Translations under genes and position numbers: made by a program
Part shown: positions 62,358 through 64,000 of the stretch, one piece after another
Position numbering within the stretch: the first letter of the stretch is position 1
How the letters are laid out: each line of letters starts with the position of its first letter
Notes under the pieces: generated by a model
Told to the model about the DNA's origin: nothing
Database searches by the model: none
Seen by the model: the letters and a program-made list of their open reading frames with translations, nothing else
Assembly: GCA_965219095.1 (NCBI GenBank)
Contig: CBDCMT010000001.1
Span: forward strand, 1,984,001 to 2,048,000
Reading direction: 5' to 3'
Origin: Bdellovibrionales bacterium
Lineage (GTDB): Bacteria; Bdellovibrionota; Bdellovibrionia; Bdellovibrionales; UBA1609
DNA: 64,000 nt

Positions 62358-63261
62358 AAAACCTTCTTAACTGATAAAAATAATTCTCTGTGGCCAAGTG
62401 AAGATCACTGGATGTTTTAAGATCTTTTTCCAACTGTAGCAAGTTTTCAGACCAAAAAGATAAAAGAGTCTCACTAAAATGAGGTTTGTAGGAGAAAGCT
62501 TTAAATAGATCTTCATGAATGGGTCGAACGAATGGCCAAGAATCCTTTACAAATTCCAACCAAAAAGAAAGAATGAAAAATACATTGGTTTTTGTTTCTG
62601 TTTGTAAGAGTTCTAAAGCTTGGGCTGTTTTAAAAGTATCTTTCCAAGCTTGGAAAGATTTTTTACGTAAATCTTTTTTTTCTAAAAGCTCTTCAAGTAG
62701 ACCTGGGCGTCCTTGGCTTGCTCTGAGCATCCAGGGTTCTTTTTTATCACAAAAAGCTCTCATTTCCTCTGTATTCAAAGGATGAAATGAAAGTTTTTGA
62801 GATCGGGATAAAAGTGTGGGCAACATACGAGATGTGTTTTCAGTAAGAAGAAAGAAATAAGCATAAGATGGCGGTTCTTCCAGAACTTTGAGAAGAACAT
62901 GAGCTGATGAATTATTCATTTTTTCTGCACTATCAACAATAACAACTTTAGCTCCATAAGCAGGTTTTAAGTTTAAAAAATCAAGAGCTTCTTTAATAGA
63001 ATCAACTTTTATAGTTTGCGTGTCAGAACTTATGAGAAGTAAATTTTCATGTTGTATGAGGCTCATTTGTTGACAAGAAGAGCATTCTTCACAAGCATGT
63101 TCTGAGTGAGGGCAATTTAAAATAGAAGCTATTTTTAAAGCAAGAGTTTTTTTGCCAATACCGGAAAGCCCTGAGAAGATCCAAGTTGAAGCAAGACGTT
63201 TTTCTTTCAAAGCCTTTAGAAGGAGGTTTTTTTGTTTTTTGTGTCCTATGATTACAGCCAT
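62341..63261 (-). CDS. holB: DNA polymerase III delta' subunit
   Basis: GLSGIGKK, C..C..C zinc site, LLKVLEEPP, LPTLLSRSQ; between tmk and tatD. Confidence 0.9.
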   Translation of the reverse strand: MAVIIGHKKQKNLLLKALKEKRLASTWIFSGLSGIGKKTLALKIASILNCPHSEHACEECSSCQQMSLIQHENLLLISSDTQTIKVDSIKEALDFLNLKPAYGAKVVIVDSAEKMNNSSAHVLLKVLEEPPSYAYFFLLTENTSRMLPTLLSRSQKLSFHPLNTEEMRAFCDKKEPWMLRASQGRPGLLEELLEKKDLRKKSFQAWKDTFKTAQALELLQTETKTNVFFILSFWLEFVKDSWPFVRPIHEDLFKAFSYKPHFSETLLSFWSENLLQLEKDLKTSSDLHLATENYFYQLRRFYEKSL

Positions 63262-63866
63262 TTTTTTTCTTTCAAGCAAGAAATGAGTTTTTCAAGTAAA
63301 ATGTTTTTTGTGTCTAAGCCATTTAAGACGAGCCAATGAGAGGGGTTTTGTTTTGCTTGTTTTAAATAACTGTCCCTAACTCTTTGATGAAAGTCTGTTC
63401 TTTCAACTTCAAAACGATCTTGTTGTTGTCCCTGTCGTCTTTTTTGGCTTTCTTCAACGCTAATATCAACCAGGATGCAGAGGTCAGGCTGAAGCTTGTT
63501 TGTAGCGTAGGTGTTAAGTTCCTCTACTATGACCTCATCGAGTCCTCTTCCACCGGATTGAAAAGCTAGGCTACTTGCTGAAAAGCGATCACAAAGGACC
63601 CATTGGTTTTTTTTTAAGCTGGGGAGGATGGTTTTTTCCACATGTTGTGCACGAACCGCCATGTACAAAAAAAGCTCAGCCAAGCTCACAGGAGCTTCAT
63701 CGCTATGCTCTAAAAGTAAAAGACGTAGTTTTTCAGCTAAAGGTGTGCCTCCAGGCTCTCTTGTTGTTATAAATTGCTTTTTTGTTTGTAAAAGGTAGTT
63801 TTTGAAGCTGTCTAGCAAAGTGCTTTTCCCACTACTGTCAATTCCTTCAAAGGCTAAAAAATACAT
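63252..63866 (-). CDS. tmk: Thymidylate kinase
   Basis: FEGIDSSGKST, TREPGGT, LCDRF..S..AFQ, DRFE. Confidence 0.97.
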   Translation of the reverse strand: MYFLAFEGIDSSGKSTLLDSFKNYLLQTKKQFITTREPGGTPLAEKLRLLLLEHSDEAPVSLAELFLYMAVRAQHVEKTILPSLKKNQWVLCDRFSASSLAFQSGGRGLDEVIVEELNTYATNKLQPDLCILVDISVEESQKRRQGQQQDRFEVERTDFHQRVRDSYLKQAKQNPSHWLVLNGLDTKNILLEKLISCLKEKKWL

Positions 63867-64000
63867 TCTTTAAGTTAACATACGTATAGAGATATAGAGA
63901 TCAACAAGATAGGCTGATGCTTTGTGTCTATTTTCCTGCTTCACTCTTTAAGGTTTTTAACCTATAAAAGAAGAGGATATGACTTTAATTGCTATTGTTC

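Noticed and set aside
1..64000. CRISPR array, rRNA, prophage or defence operon
   Set aside because: No regularly spaced repeats, rRNA-like tracts or phage/cas motifs seen; the repeats trace to IS ends

Overview
AT-rich (roughly one-third GC by eye) bacterial chromosome segment in the standard genetic code. The SecE, RNAP and E1 sequences look Bdellovibrionota-like; this is an inference, not a database result. The housekeeping blocks are intact: infA-tex-topA-S41 protease; 2-oxoacid dehydrogenase E1 alpha/beta; tuf-tRNA-Trp; secE-nusG-rplKAJL-rpoBC-rpsLG-tRNA-Thr; tkt/add/yhhQ/nhaP/speA; tmk-holB-tatD-gap-pgk-tpiA. They are separated by five insertion-sequence (IS) clusters at about 8.1-9.2, 13.3-17.6, 20.4-24.0, 36.9-45.2 and 52.6-58.6 kb, together about a third of the window. 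These hold at least 9 IS families (IS630, ISL3, IS1634, IS66, IS3, IS5, IS110, IS481, IS982), often nested with readable target-site duplications (TSDs). Most notable: a structured ISL3 leader (three-way junction plus an RBS-sequestering stem around a variable poly-A), 38-bp and 121-bp IS-derived mini-elements, an orphan switch-like structured element at about 17.7 kb, an unannotated 53-aa secreted His-rich peptide, a str operon where tRNA-Thr follows rpsG and fusA is absent, and substitutions at near-invariant RNAP residues. I found no CRISPR array, rRNA or prophage, and no clearly complete novel multi-gene system; the best candidates are RNA-level or small-ORF features.
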